A stretch of 64,000 nucleotides of DNA from positions 24,193-88,192 of the IMG/VR virus record IMGVR_UViG_3300032050_000061; one strand, written 5' to 3'. A program made the translations under genes and the position numbers. The stretch is from a virus. The notes under the pieces are model-generated. The model made no database searches. It was not told where the DNA came from and saw only the letters and a program-made list of their open reading frames with translations. Below are positions 1 to 10,269 of the stretch, piece by piece (within the stretch, counting starts at the first letter, position 1; each line of letters opens with the position of its first letter).

Positions 1-2085
1 AGTTTCCTTTGTTTCACCCTTTAATATATCAATAAGGGTTTGCCTCATAAAATCTTTGAATGATTGAGGAAACGATGAACGAACTACATCTAAACCTTTT
101 ACATCTAATCTATCTACCGGAACTCCATTTTCTGCAATAATCCATTGTGCATATCTTTTCTTTGCAATCCATAATCCGGCCCTAGCAACGAATTCTTTTT
201 TAATCTGAAAACGATGTTTATCTTTTGGAACATTTATTAATTTTTCAGATAATATATCATAAAAATTATTGAGATAATCCTGTGTTTCTCCAGCGATACC
301 ATCTACTAATTTAGCAACTTCACTATCTTCCATTTGTTTCCAATTAGGATGCCTATGGTCTAATAATGGAACTGCGGAAAAGAATACTGAATCAGTATCA
401 ATATAAATGTTGTAATCTGCTTCCTTTGTTCCTAACTCTTTATTGTATTTTATATTAGTCATATCGGCGGTGGATTTAATTACCGTTTGACCAGTAATCG
501 TAACCGCTTCCGCATTATCAATATCGTAAAAACGAAATGAAGGTAATCCTAATACACCATAAAGTGAGTTAAGAAGAATTTTTTGAACCAATTGTCTTTT
601 CTTATAAAATGCATATTTTTCTTTATCACCCGCTTCTCCAAATTGCTTTTCTAGCTTTCGGAATTCAACCCTCTTTTGAAACCATTCATCCAATATTGCA
701 GGAATACAACCGATTTTATCATTCCTATAAATTACACCATTTGAAGCAATAGAGTATCCACTATCGTTGAGAAACTCTTTGAACTTTTCTTTTGTAATTT
801 GCTTTCCTTGTATTGAATAAGAATCATCCAATCCCTTTAAGTATCTTTGTATATCCCAATTATCAACCTTACCCATTTTGGTTTCGGGTGATATATTTAA
901 GGTCATAATAATAGATGGATAAAGAGATGTTAAATCCAAGTCATATACCCAATCGTATTTACCAACGATAGGGTCTTTCACATACGCACCAATAAACTTT
1001 TCATCTTTTGCACTCTCATCGATTCCACCGGTTTCTCTCATAGAATCAATCATTCTATCTGAATCCTCTTTCTTCATTTTATTAGGTGCTACTAATCCTC
1101 TTTGGCGTAAGAAACATAAGAGTGCTCCCTCTAATGGTCGTGAAGTGAAAAAAACATCTTCATAGGCAACGTGTCCGGCGTGTGCAATACCTCTACACAA
1201 ATCGATAAATTGTAGCTTCTTATCCATATCTACAATCAACCTAACATCTTCCAAGTTATATTCGATAAACTTTTCTTTATCTTTTTCAAATAACTCATCC
1301 AAGTTTCCGGTGTATTCAACCTTACCTCTACCTAATTCAATCTTTGCGACCGTATCTAATCGGTAGTTGTCTAATTCAGTATAATTGTATTCTTTATATA
1401 GAACTAAATAATCTAATGCCGATACTCCACCAATAAACCATTTTTTTCTATAAGGTGAATAGAATACCTCTCTAATCGGAGATAATCTTTTTGCTTGTCT
1501 TTCACCCAAAAGGTTTTTCAGACGATTAAATAGATAGGGAACGTCAAAGAAATCTATATTCCATCCGGTTATAATTGTTGGGGAAATAGATTCGTATATA
1601 TCTAAAAATTTATTCAGCATCTCCTTTTCAGTATCGAATGGAGCCACTAATCTATTTCCGGATTTGGATGGTTGTATTGTTCGATTCTTGTCTAATACTA
1701 ATACATAATAAAAATCTTCAACTGAATCATGAACAGCGATTGATGTAATTTCGTTTTCTGCCTTTTCAGTATCAGGTAGACCAGAATTCATTTCAACCTC
1801 AATATCAAAAGTAAGAACTTTATGCCCTTCGGAGGGTAAATCTGAATTGGTATATAAATCTACCAATACTCTGGTTATTTCAGGAACATCAGATTCAAAT
1901 AAAGATGAATCTTCTTTTTCGTATTTAAAAACCTTTGTTAATTTATCTCCATATATGGATGTCCATTCACCGTTTACCGCAGGTTTAAAAGCGTAACGTT
2001 GATATGGCATTGTAAAGTATCCCTTTACATCATCCCATATATGGATAGTATTTGTATTTCTTTGGTAGTATATATTTTGATACAT
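1..2085 (-). CDS. Family B DNA polymerase (gp43-like), C-terminus runs off the window
   Basis: Not in the ORF track. Manual translation from ATG at 2085 gives MYQNIYYQRNTNTIHIWDD..., with exonuclease motif TFDIEV and polymerase motifs DLDLTSLYPSII, QKILLNSLYGVLG and YIDTDS. Confidence 0.95.
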   Translation of the reverse strand, partial: MYQNIYYQRNTNTIHIWDDVKGYFTMPYQRYAFKPAVNGEWTSIYGDKLTKVFKYEKEDSSLFESDVPEITRVLVDLYTNSDLPSEGHKVLTFDIEVEMNSGLPDTEKAENEITSIAVHDSVEDFYYVLVLDKNRTIQPSKSGNRLVAPFDTEKEMLNKFLDIYESISPTIITGWNIDFFDVPYLFNRLKNLLGERQAKRLSPIREVFYSPYRKKWFIGGVSALDYLVLYKEYNYTELDNYRLDTVAKIELGRGKVEYTGNLDELFEKDKEKFIEYNLEDVRLIVDMDKKLQFIDLCRGIAHAGHVAYEDVFFTSRPLEGALLCFLRQRGLVAPNKMKKEDSDRMIDSMRETGGIDESAKDEKFIGAYVKDPIVGKYDWVYDLDLTSLYPSIIMTLNISPETKMGKVDNWDIQRYLKGLDDSYSIQGKQITKEKFKEFLNDSGYSIASNGVIYRNDKIGCIPAILDEWFQKRVEFRKLEKQFGEAGDKEKYAFYKKRQLVQKILLNSLYGVLGLPSFRFYDIDNAEAVTITGQTVIKSTADMTNIKYNKELGTKEADYNIYIDTDSVFFSAVPLLDHRHPNWKQMEDSEVAKLVDGIAGETQDYLNNFYDILSEKLINVPKDKHRFQIKKEFVARAGLWIAKKRYAQWIIAENGVPVDRLDVKGLDVVRSSFPQSFKDFMRQTLIDILKGETKET

Positions 2086-2101
2086 CGTAACTTTTAATTA
2101 G

Positions 2102-2132
2102 CAAATATAATAATAATTTTTGAAATCTCCAA
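2102..2132 (-). promoter_or_regulatory. Bacteroidota-type sigma-A promoter upstream of PolB
   Basis: Minus strand TTGG-N19-TATATTTG, matching the -33/-7 (TAnnTTTG) consensus. Confidence 0.75.
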
Positions 2133-2137
2133 CTGAA

Positions 2138-2398
2138 TTAGAGATTTTCATTAATTGCATTAGTATATGCTAATTTTGATTGAACTCCACTAAATCTACT
2201 TACTTCCACACCATTTTTTTCAATAACAACAGTCGGAACTGAACGAACTCCGTATTGAGCTGCTAATTCAAAGTTTTCATCAACATCTATATCTTCGAAC
2301 TTTACATTAGAATAACCACTTTTCACTTCTTCAAAAACTGGCTTTAAGGCTTTGCATGGCCCACACCAACTTGCACTAAATTTTTTTACACTAATCAT
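2138..2398 (-). CDS. trxA: Thioredoxin
   Basis: WCGPC active site and VPT cis-Pro motif; adjacent to RNR genes. Confidence 0.95.
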   Translation of the reverse strand: MISVKKFSASWCGPCKALKPVFEEVKSGYSNVKFEDIDVDENFELAAQYGVRSVPTVVIEKNGVEVSRFSGVQSKLAYTNAINENL

Positions 2399-2417
2399 AT
2401 TATTTTATTTTAATTTA

Positions 2418-4199
2418 TTAACCTTCACAACTTACACACTCTGGATCCATTGCCTTTGCCGCTATATCACCTCTTAATACCGATTCGGTTCTCATATAGT
2501 AAAGTGTTTTAACACCTTGTTTCCATGCTTCCAAATGAACTTGATTAACCCATTTTGGTTCTGCGGTTGCAGGAAATGCTAAATTTAGAGAAACTGCTTG
2601 GTCGATGTATTGTTGTCTCACACCTGCTTGTCTTACTAAATCCAATTGATTAATTTCTTTAAATGTTTTGAATACATCTTTTACTGAACTACATCGATGT
2701 GCCCTTTCATCAATTGATACTTCTTTACACTCAACTAATTTATCACCTGAAAAACACCAATCATCTAAAAAATCCAATCCTTGTACCGAACCTCCATCTG
2801 CAAGAATTTGATCCCATACTTCTTTATTGTTTTTACCAATCTTACGAAGCACTCTTTCCAATTCAGGATTTTTTCTAATAAATGTTCCTTTTGAAGTTTG
2901 TTCGGTGAATACATTTGCTGCCCACGGCTCAATACCACTACTTACATTACCACTTAATTTTGAGTTTGATACAGTCGGTGCTACTGCTCTTAAATGTGTA
3001 TTACGGAATCCACTCTCTCTACACCAAAGAGGTTCTCCATATTCTGCTGCCAAATCTCTACTTGCACTCTCACTTTCTATTTTCATTTGTGAGAAAATCT
3101 TACGAGTTTCAAATTGGGCTTGTAATCCTTCAAATGGTATTCCCTTTTGTTGTAGGTAAGTATGCCACCCTAATACACCTAATCCTAAGGCTCTGCCTCT
3201 TTCTGCTGAACGAACTGAATTTTCAAAACCTTTCATATTCTTAGCTCTTTGTAAGAACTCCTCCAATACACCATCTAAGAAGATAGTAGATGTATAAACT
3301 AAATCAGTATCTTTCCATTCATCGTACTTTGCTAAGTTTAAGGAACTCAAACAACAAACGAATGAATGTTGCTCATCGGTATGTAATACAATCTCTGAAC
3401 AAATGTTAGTCATGTGAACTTTTAAACCATTCTTTTTGTACATTTCAGGATTTGCTTTGTTCACATTTCCTTTGTACATAATGTAAGGTTCTCCAGTTGC
3501 TTTTCTTTTCTGAAGTAATTTACCCCATTTTCTTCTTGCTTCCGGATCTCCTTCTTCTAATTTTTTCATAAACTTATCACTCACTACTACACATTGGTGT
3601 AAGTTAAGTGATTGACGGTTTACATCACCCTTTGGTTCTCTAATCTCTAAAAAATCATCAAAATCTTTATGTTCGATTTTTATGTTCACCGATGCCGCAC
3701 CTCTACGAACCGCTCCTTGATTAGTTGCTAAGATGGTAGAATCGTATATTTTTGCAAATGGTACAATACCATCGGATGTTCCATTACCGGTGATTTTAGA
3801 ACCCGCAGGTCGTATCATATTGATTCCAATACCAACACCACCACCATGCTTTGCCAACAACATCAACTCTAAATTCTTTGAACCAATCTCATAGATACTA
3901 TCACCCACATCAATACCAAAACATGAAATAGGCAATCCTCTATCAGTACCAGTATTTGATAGTACTGGTGTAGCTAAACACAACCATCCTTTCCAAATGT
4001 AATCAAAAAATTTTGTTGCCAATTGTGGTTTCTCTAATCTTTTGGCTACCGCAGTAGCAACTCTCCAATATGCATCTTTTGGTTTTTCTCCTGCCTGCAA
4101 ATATGTTTTAGATATAGTCTTTACATAAATCTCATTATTTCCCCAAGATGGAAAATCAACATCTACCTCCCAACCGAGTTCTTCGCCGTAATTCTTCAT
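2418..4199 (-). CDS. nrdA: Class I ribonucleotide reductase alpha subunit (no evident ATP cone)
   Basis: PISCF, TNICSEI, APTVSNS, KTLYY and C-terminal CVSCEG motifs. Confidence 0.95.
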   Translation of the reverse strand: MKNYGEELGWEVDVDFPSWGNNEIYVKTISKTYLQAGEKPKDAYWRVATAVAKRLEKPQLATKFFDYIWKGWLCLATPVLSNTGTDRGLPISCFGIDVGDSIYEIGSKNLELMLLAKHGGGVGIGINMIRPAGSKITGNGTSDGIVPFAKIYDSTILATNQGAVRRGAASVNIKIEHKDFDDFLEIREPKGDVNRQSLNLHQCVVVSDKFMKKLEEGDPEARRKWGKLLQKRKATGEPYIMYKGNVNKANPEMYKKNGLKVHMTNICSEIVLHTDEQHSFVCCLSSLNLAKYDEWKDTDLVYTSTIFLDGVLEEFLQRAKNMKGFENSVRSAERGRALGLGVLGWHTYLQQKGIPFEGLQAQFETRKIFSQMKIESESASRDLAAEYGEPLWCRESGFRNTHLRAVAPTVSNSKLSGNVSSGIEPWAANVFTEQTSKGTFIRKNPELERVLRKIGKNNKEVWDQILADGGSVQGLDFLDDWCFSGDKLVECKEVSIDERAHRCSSVKDVFKTFKEINQLDLVRQAGVRQQYIDQAVSLNLAFPATAEPKWVNQVHLEAWKQGVKTLYYMRTESVLRGDIAAKAMDPECVSCEG

Positions 4200-4219
4200 A
4201 AATTTAATTCTTAATTTTT

Positions 4220-5233
4220 TTAAAATATATCATCCCAATTTTCACCTTCACCTGCTTTACTATAATCAGTAGGTCTGATAGCAAAGAAATCAGTATGTGT
4301 CACACCTCCTGTTAAATGGTAGAACCAATCTAATTGAGATGCCTTTTTTTCGGTGTATTCAAAATAGCCATCGCCACCTTTAATTGGGTTATATCCTAAC
4401 TCTCCTAATTTTTCATTAATTCTTTTTGTAATGAATTCTTTTAGGTCATCTGCTTTAAGGTTTTCTAAATCACCCATTTCAAAAATCTTATCAATAAATT
4501 TGTGTTCTAAATCTCTAATTATTTCTGCTGCTTTGTAGATATCAACTTTTGCTTCTTCTAACAATTCAGGATACTCACTACACATGTGTCTGAATAATTG
4601 ACAACCCATCTTCGAATGCAGTGATTCATCTCTAACACTCCACTTCATTTGTTGTCCAATTCCTTTTAGTAAGTTTCTCATTTGGAAACTATAAAGAACT
4701 GCGAATGAAGAATATAATGCCACACCTTCTGCAAATGCCGAAAAGATGGCCAATGAACGAGCAACTTCAATTCTTGCTTTTGGATTAGTTTTTAAATCTT
4801 CCGGTGTCCAATCAGCAGTTGTATTAGTCAATAGTTCAAATCTTTCCTTCATCGCTTCATCGTGTAGGAAACCTTCGAAATCATCTAATCCTAATGTTTC
4901 ATTAAGATATGAATATGCTACTGAATGTATTGTTTCTTGCGAACCAAACGCCATTGCCATTTGTCTAATCTCATGCTTTGGAAACCATTTGGTAACCATG
5001 CCTGTCCAATAATCGGATACGGCACATTCGGTTTGAGCAAATCCTAAAAGGATGTTACCAACTAAATGTTTTTCTTCTTTTGTTAAATTTTCATTCCAAT
5101 CCTTCACATCCATCTGCATAGGGATTTCGGTATGTAACCAAAAAGCCTGCATTTGCTTCAACCAACCTTCGGTATAGTATTCTGGATATTCAAATGGTTT
5201 AAATGGAATTCTTTCGGTAAATAATTTGCTCAT
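4220..5233 (-). CDS. nrdB: Class I ribonucleotide reductase beta subunit
   Basis: ETIH...Y, EGVALYSSF and RDESLH metal ligands; C-terminal DFF motif. Confidence 0.95.
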   Translation of the reverse strand: MSKLFTERIPFKPFEYPEYYTEGWLKQMQAFWLHTEIPMQMDVKDWNENLTKEEKHLVGNILLGFAQTECAVSDYWTGMVTKWFPKHEIRQMAMAFGSQETIHSVAYSYLNETLGLDDFEGFLHDEAMKERFELLTNTTADWTPEDLKTNPKARIEVARSLAIFSAFAEGVALYSSFAVLYSFQMRNLLKGIGQQMKWSVRDESLHSKMGCQLFRHMCSEYPELLEEAKVDIYKAAEIIRDLEHKFIDKIFEMGDLENLKADDLKEFITKRINEKLGELGYNPIKGGDGYFEYTEKKASQLDWFYHLTGGVTHTDFFAIRPTDYSKAGEGENWDDIF

Positions 5234-5329
5234 CTTTAAAACTTTGTTTTGTTATTAAGGTAAGAATAAATAGGATATATACCGTAAAAAATTTTAGGTT
5301 CTTTAGAAAATTTTTTCATTAATATTTCT

Positions 5330-6388
5330 TTAGTTTTTTTTGTTAAAAATAAAGATAGGTTCGTATTTTATACCCTTCCCAGCAATACTGGATAATGCAA
5401 GTTTTATTGTTTTTTCTAATACAAATCCTTCTTCTTCCGCTACTCTAATCGTTTCACTTTCTATATCTTTATGTTTAGGAGTATTTGCTATATTTAATAA
5501 CATTTTACCCCCACTTTTTAAGCCAATATGACAATTTGCCATAGTTTGTTTTAAAAATCCATCCACCCATAAATGTGGTGTAGGGTATTTTTTATATGAT
5601 TGGGTTTCCTCATCACTATATTTTTCAGTATCGAAATAAGGTGGTGAAGTAAAACACAAATCTAATGAATCTTTTTCTGGTACGAATACTTCCGAACCTA
5701 ATTGGTGGAGTATAACATTTTTACCATAAAAATTTAGGTCTTTATTTAATTTACCTAATCCCTCATAAGTTTTACCGCTAGGATCAGTTCCTATATACGT
5801 TTTACAATTACTCGTTAGGAATCCAATTAATCTACCTCCCCATCCACAACTCATATCCCACACGGTCTCCCCACCATAGTTATTATATATCCATTTAGCA
5901 GCCGAAGGTCTGAAATTACTGACAGTTTGGTTGCCACCATATATTTTGAAATTTTGTCTTAAACGATTTAGGGTAAATTTACCATCACTATGTTTAAGAT
6001 GCCAATTCCAAGTCTTTCTAATAATTTCTTTGAACTTACTATCATCATTCCAATAATCAATTGGTTTCATTTTACTATTACCACATTGAACATCTATCCA
6101 ATGGGGAAAATAACTCCATGCCAATCCTAAACAATGCATTGTTTGGTCAATATAACCATCTTTAAATAAAGTTGATTCATCAAACTCACTTAAAGATTTC
6201 ATATCACCAATCATATTATCGGTGGTTGAATGGTAGTGAGGAAATCCTTTTTTTCGATGATACTTAAAAATTATATCTAATGCTGATTGAACATCATCTA
6301 TTTCTTTTATATTTTGAGTTATTCTTTCATACTCTAAATCTAACTCATCCCATTCTATAAACTTAGCAAAAGTATTATAGTTTATCAT
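5330..6388 (-). CDS. Amino-DNA methyltransferase (m4C/m6A)
   Basis: SAM motif DMSCGWGG followed by catalytic FTSPPY. Confidence 0.85.
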   Translation of the reverse strand: MINYNTFAKFIEWDELDLEYERITQNIKEIDDVQSALDIIFKYHRKKGFPHYHSTTDNMIGDMKSLSEFDESTLFKDGYIDQTMHCLGLAWSYFPHWIDVQCGNSKMKPIDYWNDDSKFKEIIRKTWNWHLKHSDGKFTLNRLRQNFKIYGGNQTVSNFRPSAAKWIYNNYGGETVWDMSCGWGGRLIGFLTSNCKTYIGTDPSGKTYEGLGKLNKDLNFYGKNVILHQLGSEVFVPEKDSLDLCFTSPPYFDTEKYSDEETQSYKKYPTPHLWVDGFLKQTMANCHIGLKSGGKMLLNIANTPKHKDIESETIRVAEEEGFVLEKTIKLALSSIAGKGIKYEPIFIFNKKN

Positions 6389-6680
6389 TTAACTCATCTT
6401 CAAATTTGCTTATAATAATCGGTGATATGTCTTCCCCATCGTCATTTGTAATTTTTAATCCTATTACATTGTATGAAAGGTATTCAACTGCCAATTCTTC
6501 GGAAAGTTGGTGGTCTTTTATAAGAATATCTACCATTGATTTATAATCATATATAATTTTTTTAGAATCAACATCATATCCTAATATAGCATTATCAAAA
6601 TAATCTAATATAGCCATTCCAGCACATATTTCATCAACTAATCCAATTTTATTTTCCATATTACGTTTGTTATTATCCAA
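6375..6680 (-). CDS. Hypothetical phage protein
   Basis: 101-aa ORF overlapping both neighbours in operon fashion. Confidence 0.7.
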   Translation of the reverse strand: MDNNKRNMENKIGLVDEICAGMAILDYFDNAILGYDVDSKKIIYDYKSMVDILIKDHQLSEELAVEYLSYNVIGLKITNDDGEDISPIIISKFEDELNDKL

Positions 6681-7833
6681 AAAATTTATTTACCGTTTCT
6701 TTTAATTTAGGGGTTACTTCTACTTTTTTACCTTTTTCTTCTTTGTATGGATTGCCGATTTCGTAATCTATTCTAGTCTCTGCAATTTGAAAATATTCTT
6801 TTTCTCTTTCAATGCCAATGAAGTCAAATCCACCTCTTACTGCCGCTTTACCAGTTGAACCACTACCCATAAACGGGTCAAGAGTTGTTCCACCATTTGG
6901 TGTTACTAAACGGATTAGGTATAACATTAAATCAGTTGGTTTTACGGTTGGGTGTGTATTATCACCTCCTTCATTTCTATCACCCTTTGATGCTTTCGGG
7001 CAATAAAAGAAGCGTGATGCGGCTTCATATTGTTCATCTAATATCTTACCTGCTTCTTCATCAAAGATTACATTAGCAGGAAATCTACCAGTTGGATTAT
7101 AGTTTTGTGGTTTTAACATTGAGTAATCGCCATAGATTTGGTTTGAACCCATTGTGCTACCGAAATCAGCGTGTTGGTTTTTGTTAATGCTCTCTGCTTT
7201 ATCAGCTTCACTTACAAAATCAATTCTACTATCATCTATGTTTACACCACCGACACCCCATTCTAATACATTACCTGCTACGTTACCCTTGAAAGGTTTT
7301 CTTGCCATTACTATTGGTTCGTGTGCGGGTTTTAATGCAGTTCCCCATCCCTCCCATTCGTTATTTATAATTTGTTGTGTAGTATCATTCTCTATATCTG
7401 AACTAAACATTCTACCTTTTTTATAATCAATTTGACCGGTTGGTTTATAATCGTTACCCATTCTTGCTTCACGTAAGGCCTTTGGATTTGATTTGCCGGT
7501 CTTTTCTAATGCATCTACTGCTTTACCGATGTTATGTGATTTTGGAAACCCACTACCATATATCCACATAATCTGGTCTCTAATCTCAAACCCTGCATCT
7601 TCAATCCTTACTGCCATTCTGTGATAAGTTCTACTACCTGCGAATGATAATAAGTGTCCGCCTGGCTTTAATACCCTCATACACTCTTCCCATATAGCCT
7701 GTGAGGGAACATCGTAATCCCATTTCTTTCCCATAAAGGAAAGTCCGTATGGTGGGTCTGTAACAATTGAATCAATAGAGTTATCTTCTAATTCTTTTAG
7801 TTTATCTAAACAATCTCCTAATAGTAATTTCAT
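6673..7833 (-). CDS. Beta-class amino-DNA methyltransferase (N6_N4_Mtase)
   Basis: VTDPPY near the N-terminus; HPTVKP and LDPFMGSGSTG near the C-terminus. Confidence 0.93.
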   Translation of the reverse strand: MKLLLGDCLDKLKELEDNSIDSIVTDPPYGLSFMGKKWDYDVPSQAIWEECMRVLKPGGHLLSFAGSRTYHRMAVRIEDAGFEIRDQIMWIYGSGFPKSHNIGKAVDALEKTGKSNPKALREARMGNDYKPTGQIDYKKGRMFSSDIENDTTQQIINNEWEGWGTALKPAHEPIVMARKPFKGNVAGNVLEWGVGGVNIDDSRIDFVSEADKAESINKNQHADFGSTMGSNQIYGDYSMLKPQNYNPTGRFPANVIFDEEAGKILDEQYEAASRFFYCPKASKGDRNEGGDNTHPTVKPTDLMLYLIRLVTPNGGTTLDPFMGSGSTGKAAVRGGFDFIGIEREKEYFQIAETRIDYEIGNPYKEEKGKKVEVTPKLKETVNKFFG

Positions 7834-7836
7834 AAC

Positions 7837-9198
7837 TTACCCCATATTATCTACATATTTTTTATGCAGTAGTTGTTTTTGTAAAAGTTCTCCATTCTTA
7901 GCTTCTTTACTAGCGATGATTCCATTTGGAGAATTATTTGCATATACTTCTATAATACCTTTATTAGTGTTCATCTTTGCAGGAAATGTCATACCATCTT
8001 GCCCAAATCGGTTTTTCATAATGTGAAAACGAGCCGTATCATTTAGTTTATCGGTATCCTTTCTACTAACTGATATAATTAAATCGGCATTCATTACCTT
8101 TGCGTATGAATCTGCAATCTTATCTGCCTGAATTACTTCGGAATCAATTGCACTTCTATTTGTTTGCGATGCAGTCCAAATTGGTATTTGATACTCACCA
8201 CTTAAAGCTCTTAAATCAATATAAATCCCCCCCTGCTCAGCGTAATCAGAATTATTTTTTGAATTAGTTGATACCAATAAATCTGCATAATCTATAATAA
8301 TTAAATCTGGTTGAAACTTTGTTTGCCTAACCATATCAACGTGCGCAGCAATTGTATTGGCGGTAATACCTTTTGGTGGATAGTATTTAATAATCAATCC
8401 TCCTTTTAGTTTATCTACCTTTTCTCTGATTTCATCTTTATGTTCTTTTAAATCAGCTGATGGTATAGATGTGAAAATAGTATCATATCTCTGCCCAACA
8501 TAATTTTGTGTAAGTTCCAAAGTGTAATGTAATACATTTTTACCTTGTCTTACCGCTTCCGCTCCTATATGTGATAATACCCAAGTCTTACCAACACCGG
8601 AAGGTGCTACAATAACTCCTAATTCACCTGGCCCCAATCCTCCATCGGTCAATTCATCAATAACATCCCAATTTGTAGCAACGGTTCTCCTATTTACTTC
8701 TTCAAAACGAGCTTCAAGTTCTTCTTTATAATCCAATCCCAAATCAGCAGTCTGCCCAACTTTAACGGCATCCCTAACCATTTTTTCAATCTTTTCAAAT
8801 TGACCGGTTTTTAATAATTCAACTGAATTTAGGATTACATTTTTAAAGTTTTGGTTTTTACAAAATGTTACAAATTCAGTTTTTACCCATTCTTTATCAG
8901 AATGTTGTGTGTTTTGATACACTGCCTTTAATTGCCCAACTACATTTTGTTGTAATGTATTATCGGATATTTTTTGAACTTCGGTTTTAAAGAAATCGGT
9001 AGTTGGAATGTTTTTGTATTTGTGAAAATACTTCTTTGTTAAATCAACAATCCATTTATTCGTATCTGCTTCAAAATATTTTGTTTCTAATATATCGGAT
9101 ACTTGTTCTAAAAAAGTTCTATCAACAACTAAATTAGCTACAACCTTTGTTTGGTAACTTTGACCATATTTTGATAGATTATCTACAGCTTCACTCAT
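7837..9198 (-). CDS. DnaB/gp41-like replicative helicase
   Basis: Walker A APSGVGKT, IIIDYADL, TASQTNR and KNRFG. Confidence 0.93.
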   Translation of the reverse strand: MSEAVDNLSKYGQSYQTKVVANLVVDRTFLEQVSDILETKYFEADTNKWIVDLTKKYFHKYKNIPTTDFFKTEVQKISDNTLQQNVVGQLKAVYQNTQHSDKEWVKTEFVTFCKNQNFKNVILNSVELLKTGQFEKIEKMVRDAVKVGQTADLGLDYKEELEARFEEVNRRTVATNWDVIDELTDGGLGPGELGVIVAPSGVGKTWVLSHIGAEAVRQGKNVLHYTLELTQNYVGQRYDTIFTSIPSADLKEHKDEIREKVDKLKGGLIIKYYPPKGITANTIAAHVDMVRQTKFQPDLIIIDYADLLVSTNSKNNSDYAEQGGIYIDLRALSGEYQIPIWTASQTNRSAIDSEVIQADKIADSYAKVMNADLIISVSRKDTDKLNDTARFHIMKNRFGQDGMTFPAKMNTNKGIIEVYANNSPNGIIASKEAKNGELLQKQLLHKKYVDNMG

Positions 9199-9202
9199 AG
9201 AA

Positions 9203-9233
9203 CAAATATAGAGTTTAAATTTTAAATTTCCAA
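9203..9233 (-). promoter_or_regulatory. Bacteroidota-type promoter directly abutting the helicase start
   Basis: TTGG-N19-TATATTTG, then 4 nt, then ATG. Confidence 0.75.
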
Positions 9234-9234
9234 A

Positions 9235-10269
9235 TTATTTTAATATAAGATTTCCAAATGATGTTCTCAACCAATCATTAACATCTGTCCAATTTTGAAG
9301 TATCTTATATTTCATACCCATCCCGATAAATTTCATTTTATCTAATGGCTCAACGTCTTCTCTAAATCGTTCTACAATTTTTAATTTAGTTGTCCCACTT
9401 ATATCCGGATTATCTAATTGCATTAAATCAAAGTTTCTTTCAATAATGCTTTTGCTATCTATAATTGTTTGAAAAACTTTGTATTTATCTTTTTCAGCTT
9501 CCGCTGCGCTTAATAGTTCTTCTATTGTCACTCTCTTTTCACCTTCGAAAAGAGGTAATCTTTTTTGTAATGTTTTTAATCCACACCCCTTTACTCCATC
9601 TATATTATCTGATTTATCGCCATCTAAAACCCTATACCAAATAAAGTTTTCAGGATGAATACCATATAATTCAACCAATCTTTCTTTTGTAATCCTTTCT
9701 TTTTTAAGTGGATTCCAAACATTTATATTATCGGAAACTAGTTGTAAAAAATCTTTATCAGATGAAAGTATCAATCCTTTTTCTTCTTCGGTTAAAACCT
9801 GCTTCGATAAATAACCAATAACATCATCTGCTTCGATATTATCATAAACCATAGTTGTTACAGGTAAAATGCTTAATATATTACCTAACCAACTAATCTG
9901 TCGTTTCAAACTAATTTGTTCATCTTCTTCCGTCATCAAATCATCATACTGACGGTTTACTCTGAATTTTACTTTTCTATCCGCTTTGTAATTAGAAAAA
10001 GTTTGTCTTCTTTTTTGTGAACCACCTTTGCCATCAAATATAACAACCACTCTCGTTGGATTTTCATTACGAATTACCATACCTAATGATTTTAGAAACC
10101 CAACTACACCACCTACATGCTCACCATCTTCATTCATTGTGGGGTTGGTGCTCCAACAACGAAAAAAAGTATTAAGGCCATCTACAAATAAAACTTTTGA
10201 ATTTCGGGTTCTAATTATAGTATGCTCGTTACTTATTTCATTTAATAAACTTTTATATTTTTCGTTCAT
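9235..10269 (-). CDS. 5'-3' exonuclease / T4 RNase H (FEN family)
   Basis: VDGLN, FDGKGG, YKADR, EADDVIG, SSDKDFLQL and GDKSDNIDGV motifs. Confidence 0.93.
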   Translation of the reverse strand: MNEKYKSLLNEISNEHTIIRTRNSKVLFVDGLNTFFRCWSTNPTMNEDGEHVGGVVGFLKSLGMVIRNENPTRVVVIFDGKGGSQKRRQTFSNYKADRKVKFRVNRQYDDLMTEEDEQISLKRQISWLGNILSILPVTTMVYDNIEADDVIGYLSKQVLTEEEKGLILSSDKDFLQLVSDNINVWNPLKKERITKERLVELYGIHPENFIWYRVLDGDKSDNIDGVKGCGLKTLQKRLPLFEGEKRVTIEELLSAAEAEKDKYKVFQTIIDSKSIIERNFDLMQLDNPDISGTTKLKIVERFREDVEPLDKMKFIGMGMKYKILQNWTDVNDWLRTSFGNLILK

